31,966 nucleotides of DNA, from the NCBI GenBank assembly GCA_937864275.1, contig CALMIW010000560.1:1-31966 (forward strand), written 5' to 3'. How positions within the stretch are numbered: the first letter of the stretch is position 1; each line of letters opens with the position of its first letter. The position numbers were made by a program, and so were the translations under genes. Source of the stretch: an uncultured Dehalococcoidia bacterium. Lineage in GTDB: Bacteria > Chloroflexota > Dehalococcoidia > Tepidiformales > Tepidiformaceae. Positions 8,192-18,748 of this stretch are shown one piece after another. The notes beneath the pieces were generated by a model that was not told the origin of the DNA, did not search any database, and was given only the letters and a program-made list of their open reading frames with translations.

Positions 8192-10738
8192 CTACCCGGC
8201 CGCGAATTCCCGGCAGCGGATGGCCCGCAACAGTTCGTCGTTGGCTTCCTTGATCATCCTCCCCAACACCGGCAGCTCCTCGCCGTACGCCGCCAACAAC
8301 GATTCGCTCTGCGCGAGGAGGTCCCGCTCCACCCGGTACCCCGGGAACAACGCGCGGAAGTAGTCCGAGGCGAACTCCTTGTCCTTCGTCCGGAAGATGT
8401 TCGGCAGCGCGGCGAAGAGCTTCTCGACGTAGGGTTCCAACAGGGCGCGCTGTTCCGACCAGTTGAAGCCCGACATCGCCGCGTTGGTCAGGTAGAGCGA
8501 GCCGTAGCCCTCCCCGTTGAACTTCTCCCACGCGGTCGCCTTCACGTCCGCGGCCGGCACCGATGTTTCGCAGCGCAGCCGCGCGCGCACGCCCCGGTCC
8601 GAAGGGTCGCGCTCCGCCTCGGCGGCAACGCGTTCCGCCGCGCCCGGCAACGCATGGGCGACGTGCTTCGCGGCGATGTTCCAGCGCATGTCCTGGTCGA
8701 TCGTCACGCCCTCAATCGTCTCCTCGCCGTCCGCAATCCGGGCGACGAGGGCCAGGTCCTCCGGCACGGCCGCGTTCGCGATCAGGGTGCGTGCCCAGAT
8801 GATCTTCAGGTCAGGCGAACCCGGCGCCTTCAGCGCCTGGTACGCCGTCCCGGCAAGCGCATGGGCCTCCCGGTTCTTCCACTCCTCGGGCACGAACCGG
8901 CCAATCGCTGCGGTGGCGTTGCTGAGCGCCACCTCCACCAGTTCCGGCATTGCCTCGCGGCTGATGTGCGAGCGGACCAGCTCGAGATACTCCGTCGAGA
9001 GGAGCTGCTGGTCGCGGACCATGTTCCAGAGTGCCGCCCAGAGCTGGTGCCGCAGGAGTGGGTCTTCGATGCGCTGCATCTGCCCCTTCAGGAACGCGAC
9101 CGACTCCACGTCCAGCGCCACTTTCGCGTACGCGTGGTCGCCGTAGTTCGGGAACACCAGCGCCGGCCGGGGGAGTCCGCGCGCTTCCGCCACCTCCGCC
9201 TCGGCCGCGGAAATTCCCGCCGGGATAACCGTCACTTCCAGCTTGCCATCCACATCCCGGGCGAACCCGATGTCCAGCTTGTGCGGCCGGATCGTCGGGT
9301 GCTCCTCTGGCGCCGCCTGGGTCAGGACGAACTGCGTGATCCGGTCGCCGTCCGCTTCCCAGCGCGTGCCGATCGTGTTCAAAGATGGCGTCTCCAACCA
9401 GAGCCGCGACCACTCGGTCAGCTCCGCACCGCTGCCCGTTTCCAGCGACTGCATGAACTGCGCCAGGGTCGCATTGCCGAAGGAATGCGTCCGGAAGTAG
9501 TGGCGCATGCCCTCCCGGAAGCCGTCCATGCCGATCGCCTTCACCAGCTGCTTGAGTACGCTGGCGCCCTTTCCGTAGGTGATGCCGTCGAAGTTCAGGA
9601 ACGTCTCATCGGTGTCCGCCACCTCCCCCGCGATGGGGTGCGTCGTCACCATCTGGTCCTGGCGGTAGGCCCAGTTCTTGACCGACGAGGCGAAGTCCTG
9701 CCAGCCGGTATCGAAGCGCGTGGCTTCGGCCATGCAGAGGTACGACATGTACGTCGCGAAGCTTTCGTTCAACCAGAGATCGTTCCACCAGCGCATCGTC
9801 ACGAGGTCCCCGAACCACATGTGCGCCATCTCGTGGAGGATGACCTCCGCGCGTTCGCGTCGCTGGTTCTCGGTCGGCGGATCGCGGAAGACGAACGACT
9901 CGTTGTAGGTCACGCAGCCGACGTTCTCCATGGCCCCCGCGTTGCATTCCGGGACGAAGACCTGGTCGTACTTGCCGCCAAACGCATAGGGCAGGTCGAA
10001 GAACTCGGCGTAAAAGTCCAACCCCTGGCGCGTAACCTCGAACAGTTCCGGCGTGTCCAGGTAGCGGACGAGCGACTTCCGGCAGTAGAGCCCCATGTCG
10101 ATGGCGCCGTGCTGCTGCCGTGCCACGTGGTAGGGCCCAACCACCAACGCGAAGAGGTACGTGCTGAACAGCTTCGTCTGCTCGAAGGTGTGGAGCTTCC
10201 GCCCGTCCGGGCGCACTTCGACGGCGGTCTCCCGGTTGTTCGAGATCACTTCCCACTCCGCCGGCGCCAGTACCGTCAGCGCGTACCTGCCCTTGATGTC
10301 CGGCTGGTCGAACTGCGGGAAGAGCCAGTGGCTCGCATACGGTTCGAACTGGGAGTAGAGGTACTCCTCGCCGTCTTCCGGGTCTTTGAACTGGTGGAAG
10401 CCGTCGCCCTCGTGGTCGTACTCGTTCTCATAGACGATGCGGACGGTGTTGGAGTCGGCAAGTGAACCCCCGGGGAGCCAGAGCCTGTACCCGTTCCAGT
10501 TCGGCTCGATCTCCCGCCCGTTCACGGTAAGCGAGTCGATCTTCTTGCCGCGGAAGTCGAGGAAGAGGTCGCCGTTGCCGGCCGCCTCGAAGCGGAGGGT
10601 CACATCGCCGCGATAGGTCTCGGCCCCGCGGGTGAGCTCGAGAGCGATCGTGTAGTCGCAGCGCTTCACGCGCTCCGCTCGCGCCTCCGCGTCGGCCTGG
10701 GTCAGGTTGTCACGCACTTCGGGTGCAGCCACAGTCAT
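8192..10738 (-). CDS. pepN: Aminopeptidase N (M1 family, actinobacterial-like type)
   Basis: GAMENVG exopeptidase motif, HEMAH...WWNDLWLNESFA zinc motif, FDGITYGKGASVL. AAGGAG RBS before ATG 10738. Confidence 0.95.
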   Translation of the reverse strand: MTVAAPEVRDNLTQADAEARAERVKRCDYTIALELTRGAETYRGDVTLRFEAAGNGDLFLDFRGKKIDSLTVNGREIEPNWNGYRLWLPGGSLADSNTVRIVYENEYDHEGDGFHQFKDPEDGEEYLYSQFEPYASHWLFPQFDQPDIKGRYALTVLAPAEWEVISNNRETAVEVRPDGRKLHTFEQTKLFSTYLFALVVGPYHVARQQHGAIDMGLYCRKSLVRYLDTPELFEVTRQGLDFYAEFFDLPYAFGGKYDQVFVPECNAGAMENVGCVTYNESFVFRDPPTENQRRERAEVILHEMAHMWFGDLVTMRWWNDLWLNESFATYMSYLCMAEATRFDTGWQDFASSVKNWAYRQDQMVTTHPIAGEVADTDETFLNFDGITYGKGASVLKQLVKAIGMDGFREGMRHYFRTHSFGNATLAQFMQSLETGSGAELTEWSRLWLETPSLNTIGTRWEADGDRITQFVLTQAAPEEHPTIRPHKLDIGFARDVDGKLEVTVIPAGISAAEAEVAEARGLPRPALVFPNYGDHAYAKVALDVESVAFLKGQMQRIEDPLLRHQLWAALWNMVRDQQLLSTEYLELVRSHISREAMPELVEVALSNATAAIGRFVPEEWKNREAHALAGTAYQALKAPGSPDLKIIWARTLIANAAVPEDLALVARIADGEETIEGVTIDQDMRWNIAAKHVAHALPGAAERVAAEAERDPSDRGVRARLRCETSVPAADVKATAWEKFNGEGYGSLYLTNAAMSGFNWSEQRALLEPYVEKLFAALPNIFRTKDKEFASDYFRALFPGYRVERDLLAQSESLLAAYGEELPVLGRMIKEANDELLRAIRCREFAAG

Positions 10739-10899
10739 GGAGTTCGCTCCTTCGGCAGCCCATTCAGGCAAAGTCCATCGAGTTTACAGCGCCCGCGCAC
10801 TGAGGGAGAGTCGGCCACTTCACACAGGCGAGAGCCCGCCACTTCGCCCCCATCCCGCCACACCGCTCCCCTCGCCTACCCCGAGTTCGTGACACGGGG

Positions 10900-10905
10900 T
10901 ACAAT
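10900..10905 (+). promoter_or_regulatory. Putative -10 box (TACAAT)
   Basis: Near-consensus hexamer 38 nt upstream of ATG 10944. Confidence 0.45.
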
Positions 10906-10943
10906 CCGCCCGCACCCTCGCAGGACAGGTACCGCTGACGCGT

Positions 10944-11753
10944 ATGTCGAACATCCCCGCGGTCAACGCACTTCTCACCGCCATCAACTTCGATAGGTTC
11001 GCCGAGATCGAGGCGTACCACCGCTCCGATGCCGTGTTTCACTCGTTCCGCGGCCCAACCCTCCGCGATAGCGTCGCCATCGCCGACTGGCATCGCGAAT
11101 TCCTGCGCGACTACGCGGACTGCGACTACACCGAGCTCGAGTACATCGAGCAGGGCAACACCGTCGCCGTCCGCGCCACCATCGAAGCCAAAGCCTACGA
11201 CTGGCCCCGGTCCCCGCGGCGGGCCGCCGAGGTCTCCGGGTCCGCCGCCGCGGGCGAGGCCCCCGCCCGCCGCCTCTACGGCATGCTCCGCGACACCGAG
11301 CTCGACAAGCCGGCGACCGCCTCGATGACCGATGCGACCGGCTTCAAGGGCGGCAGCGCCAGCGCGACGAAGACCACCATCGACAAACTTATGGCCGCCG
11401 TCGCCCAGGCCGACATGGACGGCATCAAAGAACAGACCCATGAGAAGGCCACCGTCATCGACGGCGTCTACGGCATCGCCACCGGCGTCGAAAACCTCGT
11501 GGACCTCATCGCGTCCCGCCCTCTGCCTGCCTTCGGCAGCGAACGCGTCACGCACATGTACTGCGGCGAACACGACGCCCTGCTCGAACTGTCCATCGAT
11601 CCGGCCCGCCCTCGCCTCGCCCAGTGGTTCCGCCTGGTGGATGGCAAGGTTCGCGTCGTCGAGGCCTACTGGATGCTCCGGGAGATCGGCGTGAACCCGT
11701 ACGAGAACTACGCCCAGGATCGCCACCGCCGCCAGGTCATCCTCCCGATCTAG
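10944..11753 (+). CDS. Protein with two SnoaL/NTF2-like domains
   Basis: Two modules of roughly 120 aa each with a helix, a 'YHRSDAVFHS'/'THEKATVID' strand and a beta meander. Fold assignment is by pattern only. Confidence 0.6.
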   Translation: MSNIPAVNALLTAINFDRFAEIEAYHRSDAVFHSFRGPTLRDSVAIADWHREFLRDYADCDYTELEYIEQGNTVAVRATIEAKAYDWPRSPRRAAEVSGSAAAGEAPARRLYGMLRDTELDKPATASMTDATGFKGGSASATKTTIDKLMAAVAQADMDGIKEQTHEKATVIDGVYGIATGVENLVDLIASRPLPAFGSERVTHMYCGEHDALLELSIDPARPRLAQWFRLVDGKVRVVEAYWMLREIGVNPYENYAQDRHRRQVILPI

Positions 11754-11788
11754 CCGTCTCGCCTTCGAGCGAACATCCCGCAAATGCG

Positions 11789-11816
11789 AAAGGGGGCGCC
11801 GAAAGGCGCCCCCTTT
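11789..11816. terminator. Bidirectional intrinsic terminator
   Basis: Perfect 12-bp stem AAAGGGGGCGCC-GAAA-GGCGCCCCCTTT between convergent SnoaL-like gene and ilvC. Confidence 0.85.
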
Positions 11817-11838
11817 GTTCTCTGCTCGGCCGTCTGCC

Positions 11839-13383
<1,545 letters not shown>

Positions 13384-13479
13384 CTAACGGCCCCGCCGCC
13401 CGCGAGCGAAACCAGGTGCGCGGCCGCCGAACCGCCGGGCACCTGGCCGATCCTCCAAGCCTTGGGCGCGCCTTCCGCG

Positions 13480-13485
13480 TAGAAT
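13480..13485 (+). promoter_or_regulatory. Putative -10 box (TAGAAT) of a leaderless CoA-transferase operon transcript
   Basis: TAGAAT-N7-ATG(13493), no SD. Confidence 0.6.
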
Positions 13486-13492
13486 CCGCCCC

Positions 13493-14647
13493 ATGCCTCA
13501 GCCCCTCGAAGGTCTTCGCGTCCTCGAAATCGGGACGTTCGTGTCGGCGCCGTATTGCGGCAAGCTCTTTGCCGGGTACGGCGCCGAAGTCATCAAGGTC
13601 GAACCGCCCGGTGGCGACCTCTCCCGCGCCCACGGCCCGTTCAAGGATGGGGTACCCAACCCCGAGACCAGCGCCCTCTTCCTCTACCTGAACACCGGGA
13701 AGAAGTCCGTCGTCCTCGACATCGGCGCCCCTGAAGGCCGCCGGCAGTTCCTCGAACTCGTGAAGACCGCCGATGTCGTCATCGAGAACTTCCGACCCGC
13801 CGATATGCGCCGCCTGGGCCTCACCTACGAAACGCTCAGCGCGGCCAACCCGCGCCTTGTCGTCATCTCCATCACCGCCTTCGGCCAGGACGGCCCCTAC
13901 GCGGACTACGAAAGCAACAACCTGGTCGCCTTCGCCATGGGCGGCCAAATGTTCATGACCGGCACCCAGGACGGCGGGCCGCTCAAAAACGGCGGCTACC
14001 AGGCCGACTACCAGGGCGGCCTCAATGCCTTCTCCGCCGGCATGCTCGCCGTGCTCGCCGCCGAACGCGATGGCCTCGGCCAGCACGTCGATGTCAGCGT
14101 CCAGCAGTGCATGGCCCCCATCCTCGAAGCCACCATCCCCTACTACACCTACATGGGCCGCTGGGCCGGCCTCCGGCGCGGCAACCATATGGCCAGTTTC
14201 ATCGGCATCTATCCCTGCGCCGACGGCCACCTTGGTATCCACATCATGGCTCGCAACTGGAAGCCGTTCACCGACGCCATCGGCCGGCAGGACCTCTTCG
14301 ACGACCCGCGCTTCGTCACACAGGCGGCGCGCGCCCAGAACAACGACGACCTGATGGCCGAGTTCTACGCCGGGGCCGCCGGCGAGACCAAACCCGACAT
14401 CTACCGCCGAGCCGGGGCAGGCCGCGCCCCCATCGCCTTCGTCCACACCATGGACGACCTTCTGACCAGCCCCCAGCTCGAATCGCGCGGGTTCATCCAG
14501 CGCATCGACCACCCCGTCGCAGGCGAAGCCGCCTACCCAGGACCGCCCTGGTGGATCGGCCCGGACGGCTGGAGCCACCAGCGCGCGCCCCTCCTCGGCG
14601 AACACACCGCCGAAGTTCTCGAATCCAGCCAGGAGCGCGTGCGATGA
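13493..14647 (+). CDS. Family III CoA-transferase (CaiB/BaiF)
   Basis: LEGLRVLEIG, GAEVIKVEPPGGD, LNTGKKSVVLD, DVVIENFRP, QADY (catalytic Asp position), APLLGEHT. Confidence 0.92.
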   Translation: MPQPLEGLRVLEIGTFVSAPYCGKLFAGYGAEVIKVEPPGGDLSRAHGPFKDGVPNPETSALFLYLNTGKKSVVLDIGAPEGRRQFLELVKTADVVIENFRPADMRRLGLTYETLSAANPRLVVISITAFGQDGPYADYESNNLVAFAMGGQMFMTGTQDGGPLKNGGYQADYQGGLNAFSAGMLAVLAAERDGLGQHVDVSVQQCMAPILEATIPYYTYMGRWAGLRRGNHMASFIGIYPCADGHLGIHIMARNWKPFTDAIGRQDLFDDPRFVTQAARAQNNDDLMAEFYAGAAGETKPDIYRRAGAGRAPIAFVHTMDDLLTSPQLESRGFIQRIDHPVAGEAAYPGPPWWIGPDGWSHQRAPLLGEHTAEVLESSQERVR

Positions 14648-15117
14648 CGCCTCGCGAACAGGCCGCACGGGCCATCACCTTCTTCGAAAACACCGACGAC
14701 ATGCCGCTCCTTCGAAAGTGCCTGGAAGAGTCCGCGCCGCGCATCAAGCGCATGGTCGCCAACTACCTCCAGAAGGGCACCGAAGAGGGCATCCCCCATC
14801 CCGCCGACATCCGCGGCGCCCGGGACGGTGCCGCCCGCGAGGAAGCGCTCCAATCCCTGCGCAAAACGCAGGACTTCGCCCTCCTCCAAGCGATGACCCG
14901 CGCCATCGGCCAGCGTATCGAAACGCTCGAGATCGCGGCGTCCGCGGAATTCCCTCCAGGAGTCCGCGTGACCGTCCCCGAGAAGCGCGCCTACCCGCGC
15001 TCCGGCAAAGAGCTCCCCGGGACAGTCGAAGAAACCGGCACCATCCTGGTCGTCCGGCTCGACAACGGCGATACCTGGGAAGGCCCTTCGAGCCTTGCCC
15101 GGCTGGGGGCCTCCTGA
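14644..15117 (+). CDS. Hypothetical protein (157 aa) coupled between two CoA-transferases
   Basis: ATGA overlap upstream and TGATG overlap downstream; codon usage like its neighbours. Helical N-terminus and beta-rich C-terminus. Confidence 0.75.
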   Translation: MTPREQAARAITFFENTDDMPLLRKCLEESAPRIKRMVANYLQKGTEEGIPHPADIRGARDGAAREEALQSLRKTQDFALLQAMTRAIGQRIETLEIAASAEFPPGVRVTVPEKRAYPRSGKELPGTVEETGTILVVRLDNGDTWEGPSSLARLGAS

Positions 15118-16358
15118 TGGCGATGCCACTCGACGGAATTCGCGTGATCGACCTGACGATGGTCTGGGCCGGGCCGTTTGGCGCCCGCATGCTCGGGGAC
15201 TACGGCGCCGAAGTCATCAAGATCGAGTCGCCGCGCCAGTGGGACATGCTGCGCTCGCTGGGGCTCATCCCGCGCGAAGAGCACCACTGGTACAACAAGT
15301 CCGCCTACTTCAACCACAACAACCGGGACAAGTACGCCGCCGCCCTGGACCTCGCCGATGCTCGCGGCCGCGAACTCATGCTTCGCCTCTGCGCAGTCAG
15401 CGATGTCATCGTCGAGAACTTCCGCTCCGACGTGATGGACAACCTCGGCCTCACGTACGAGACCGTCCGGGCCGTGAATCCCCGGATCATCTACGTCTCG
15501 ATGCCAGGGCACGGGAAGACCGGCCCCGAGAAGGACTTCGTCGCCTACGGCTCGAATGTCGAGCAGCTGGCGGGGCTCGTCTCGCTCTCGGGCTACGAAG
15601 GCGGCGAACCGATGAAGACCGGCTTCAGTTACGGCGACCCGATGGCCGGGACCGCGCTCGTCGGCGCAGTCGCGACCGCGCTCAGGCAGCGGAGCCTCAC
15701 CGGCGAAGGCTGCTACCTGGAACTCGCCCAGCGAGAGAACCTGACGATGTTCGTCGGCGAGTACCTCGTCGACTACAGCATGAACCGGCAGGAGCGCCCG
15801 CCCATCGGCAACCGGCATCCGTTTCTCGCTCCGCACAATCGCTACCCGAGCGCGGGTGATGACCGCTGGCTGGTCGTCGCCTGCGAGACCGACGCTCAGT
15901 TCGCCGGCCTCGCGGCCGCCCTCGGCACGCCCGAACTCGCGGCCGACGCGCGCTTCGCCACCAACGTGGCCCGCAAGGCGAACGAGGACGAACTGGACGC
16001 GATCATCACCGCGTGGTCCTCGGTACGCGGCCACTACGAAGCAATGCACCTTCTCCAACAGCGAGGGGTGCCGGCGGGAGCGGTGCTCACGGCTCCCGAA
16101 CTCCTTTCCGACCCGCACATGCGCTCGCGCGGCGCATGGGTCGAACACACCCATCCAGATGCGGGGACCTGGGAGATGGAGGCGCCGCCGTGGAAGCTCT
16201 CGCGCACGCCGGGGCACATCCGCATGCCTGCACCCGGCTTCGGCCAGCACAACAGTTACGTCTTCAGAGACCTGCTGAAGCTCCCCGAGGCCGAAATCGA
16301 AGCCCTCTACGCAGCCGGGGTCACCGCGGACGACCCGGACGAGACGCTGCACCGGTAG
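15117..16358 (+). CDS. Family III CoA-transferase (CaiB/BaiF)
   Basis: LDGIRVIDLTMVWAGP, GAEVIKIE, FNHNNRDK, DVIVENFR, YGDPMAG (catalytic Asp position), APGFGQHN. Confidence 0.92.
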   Translation: MAMPLDGIRVIDLTMVWAGPFGARMLGDYGAEVIKIESPRQWDMLRSLGLIPREEHHWYNKSAYFNHNNRDKYAAALDLADARGRELMLRLCAVSDVIVENFRSDVMDNLGLTYETVRAVNPRIIYVSMPGHGKTGPEKDFVAYGSNVEQLAGLVSLSGYEGGEPMKTGFSYGDPMAGTALVGAVATALRQRSLTGEGCYLELAQRENLTMFVGEYLVDYSMNRQERPPIGNRHPFLAPHNRYPSAGDDRWLVVACETDAQFAGLAAALGTPELAADARFATNVARKANEDELDAIITAWSSVRGHYEAMHLLQQRGVPAGAVLTAPELLSDPHMRSRGAWVEHTHPDAGTWEMEAPPWKLSRTPGHIRMPAPGFGQHNSYVFRDLLKLPEAEIEALYAAGVTADDPDETLHR

Positions 16359-16359
16359 A

Positions 16360-17481
16360 TCAGACCAGCAGCAACGCCAGCGGACCCGCCACGATCGCCG
16401 CCAGGAACACGCCGAGGTTCCGCTGGCTGCGCGTCGCCTGCCCGGCGACCGCGAGGATCGCGCGCGAGTACGGCCCGTAGGCAAGGAGCAGCACCACGCC
16501 GGAGACGAACCCGACCGCGACCATCTCCGTCAGCACGACAGTGAACGCCGACGCGCCGCCCAGGACCAGCGCCCCCGCAAGCGTGTCGATGAAGGTCGTG
16601 ATGTTCGCCCCCATCACGTACGGAATCACCTGCTCTCGCCGGAGGTAGCCCTTCAGCGAGAGCGGCACGAGGAGCGTCAGGGAGATCGAGACGCTCAGCG
16701 TCATCGCCGTGACGGCGCAGCCCATGCCAAACATCAGCCACTTCGAATCGAGACGCCGCAACGCCCGTTCGAATCCGGGCGAGCCGGCCTCGAGTTGGGG
16801 GAGCGCGCGGTCGAACAGGGCGAAGCTGCCCAGCAGCACGGCGATGCCCGCCGCGAACACGAGGGCCGAGGGCAGCGTCTCGTCCAGGAACTCCACCGGC
16901 CGTCCGTAGACCTGGTCGATCCAGTCCAGCATCCCGGCAGGGGGGCTGAACTGCACGGCATCAAGCCAGCCGTAATGCAGCGAAACCAGGCCAAGGAGTA
17001 CGGCCGGCCCCTGTGTCGTAAAGGTCGTCAGTAGCGCTACCACGCCGATGGATAGCCCGTCCGCGCTCCGCCGCCCGCCCACGTACAGGACGTAGCCAAC
17101 CGCCAGCACGATGAACGAAGCCCCCAACCGGGACCCCCCGATGACCGCGAACGCCTCCCGCTCATCGAGCACGCCGCCCGCGAGCAGCGTCGTCCCGATC
17201 GCCGCCACCGGCGACCCGCTGAGCGCCAGGTAGGCGGCCAGCCAGCCGAACCCGAGCGAATTCATCGGCCCGGCTATGTCCAGGTTCTCCAGCAGCGGCA
17301 CGACCGCCCGCGCCCCGGTCTTGATGATCTGGAGCGCGAAGACGAACAGGAACAACCCGCCGCCTGCGCTCAGCAGCCGTAGTCCGGCCCTCCCCGTCAG
17401 TCGTAGCCGGAAGCCGTCCTCGTCCGGGCGCTCGCCCGGTTGCTCCAGCAGGACCGGGATGGCCCGGTCCTCAGAACTCAC
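16360..17481 (-). CDS. Multi-pass membrane protein, Na/Pi-cotransporter (PF02690)-like
   Basis: Many hydrophobic segments with two repeat-like motifs, LSGSPVAA...GGSRLGASF and LSVSISLT...MGANITTF; the latter resembles the GANIGT motif of Na/Pi cotransporters. Start overlaps the cysN end. Confidence 0.65.
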   Translation of the reverse strand: MSSEDRAIPVLLEQPGERPDEDGFRLRLTGRAGLRLLSAGGGLFLFVFALQIIKTGARAVVPLLENLDIAGPMNSLGFGWLAAYLALSGSPVAAIGTTLLAGGVLDEREAFAVIGGSRLGASFIVLAVGYVLYVGGRRSADGLSIGVVALLTTFTTQGPAVLLGLVSLHYGWLDAVQFSPPAGMLDWIDQVYGRPVEFLDETLPSALVFAAGIAVLLGSFALFDRALPQLEAGSPGFERALRRLDSKWLMFGMGCAVTAMTLSVSISLTLLVPLSLKGYLRREQVIPYVMGANITTFIDTLAGALVLGGASAFTVVLTEMVAVGFVSGVVLLLAYGPYSRAILAVAGQATRSQRNLGVFLAAIVAGPLALLLV

Positions 17482-18748
17482 TGGCCTGTTCGCCAGGGGC
17501 CACGTCGCGGATCATGCCGGCTGCCACCGTATGCCGCGTCGCGGGGTCGATCAGGACGAAGCTGCCGGTGTCCCTGCTGGTGGAGTAGGGGTCCGCGAAC
17601 AGCGGCTCCATGGTCTTGATCGTGATTCTCCCGATCTCGTTCAGTCCCATCGTTTCTCCGGCGGCGCCCCGCTCGAGGCTGTCGATGTCCAGCCTGTCGT
17701 CGAGCGATTCCACGAAGCACTTCACCCGCCGGGTGGTGTGCTTGATCCAGAACTGCTGGCGGGGGCGCAGTACCGTGCTCTCGCTCACCCAGCAGATGTC
17801 TGCGCTGAAGCGGTTCGTCGTGGGGAGCGGCGCGCCGGCACTCACGGGCATGTAGCGGCGGCTCCCGTCGATGTCGTCTTCGAGCCGCACCGTCACGGCG
17901 TCTCCGCTCTCGGCTGCCGCCAGTGGCTGCTGGAACCGGTCGATCGCGGCCACGCGCGACGACTTGCCCACGGGAAGAACGGTCACGCGCGAGCCAACCT
18001 CCAGCACGCCGGCAGCCAGCGTCCCGGCGTAGCCTCGGTAGTCGTGGTAGTCGTCCGTCTGCGGCCGGAAGACGTACTGCACCGGGAAGCGGACGTCCGC
18101 ATGGCGGGCCGGGTTCGGCACCTCCACGGTCTCCAGGAACTCCAGCAGCGTCGGGCCTTCGTACCAGGGCAGGTTCGTCCCTCGCTCGACGATGTTGTCG
18201 CCCGAGACGGCCGAAATCGGCACCACCGAGACGGTCGGGATCCCGAGCCGCCGCGCCAGCTTCAGGTACTCACGCTCGATCTCGAGGTACCGTTCCCGCG
18301 ACCAGTTCACGAGGTCCATCTTGTTGATGCACAACACCAGGTGCTGGATGCCCAGCAGGTGCGTGATCGCCGAATGGCGGCGCGTCTGCTCGATAACGCC
18401 CTTGCGAGCGTCCACGAGGATCAGGGCGAGTTGTGCCGTCGAAGCGCCGGTCACCATGTTCCGCGTGTACTGAACGTGCCCGGGCGAGTCCGCGATGATG
18501 AACTTCCGCTTCGGCGTGGCGAAGTAGCGGTAGGCGACATCGATCGTGATTCCCTGTTCCCGCTCCGCCCGCAGCCCGTCGGTCAGGAGCGCAAGGTTGA
18601 GGTCGTCGAGGCCCTGGGCAGCGCTCGCGCGCTCCAGGCTCGCCAGCGTGTCCTCGAAGACCTGTTTCGAGTCGTACAGCAGCCGCCCGATAAGCGTGCT
18701 CTTTCCGTCGTCGACCGACCCGGCCGTCACGAAACGCAGAAGGTCCAC
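17471..18748 (-). CDS. cysN: Sulfate adenylyltransferase subunit 1 (GTPase)
   Basis: GTG start; RFVTAGSVDDGKSTLIGRLL, REQGITIDVAYRYF, DSPGH, INKMDL, GSFVLID. No fused APS kinase domain. Confidence 0.95.
   Translation of the reverse strand: MDLLRFVTAGSVDDGKSTLIGRLLYDSKQVFEDTLASLERASAAQGLDDLNLALLTDGLRAEREQGITIDVAYRYFATPKRKFIIADSPGHVQYTRNMVTGASTAQLALILVDARKGVIEQTRRHSAITHLLGIQHLVLCINKMDLVNWSRERYLEIEREYLKLARRLGIPTVSVVPISAVSGDNIVERGTNLPWYEGPTLLEFLETVEVPNPARHADVRFPVQYVFRPQTDDYHDYRGYAGTLAAGVLEVGSRVTVLPVGKSSRVAAIDRFQQPLAAAESGDAVTVRLEDDIDGSRRYMPVSAGAPLPTTNRFSADICWVSESTVLRPRQQFWIKHTTRRVKCFVESLDDRLDIDSLERGAAGETMGLNEIGRITIKTMEPLFADPYSTSRDTGSFVLIDPATRHTVAAGMIRDVAPGEQASEF

Noticed and set aside
8147-10465. 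Very long ORFs antisense to real genes (also 26744..28486, 21069..22595, 11815..13482, 13265..14668, 14991..16484)
   Set aside because: Shadow ORFs expected in high-GC DNA with biased codons; the opposite strand carries clear family motifs and these do not.
10806-10870. CRISPR array (here or anywhere in the window)
   Set aside because: Only two short imperfect repeats with an 8-bp gap; no repeat-spacer periodicity and no cas genes.
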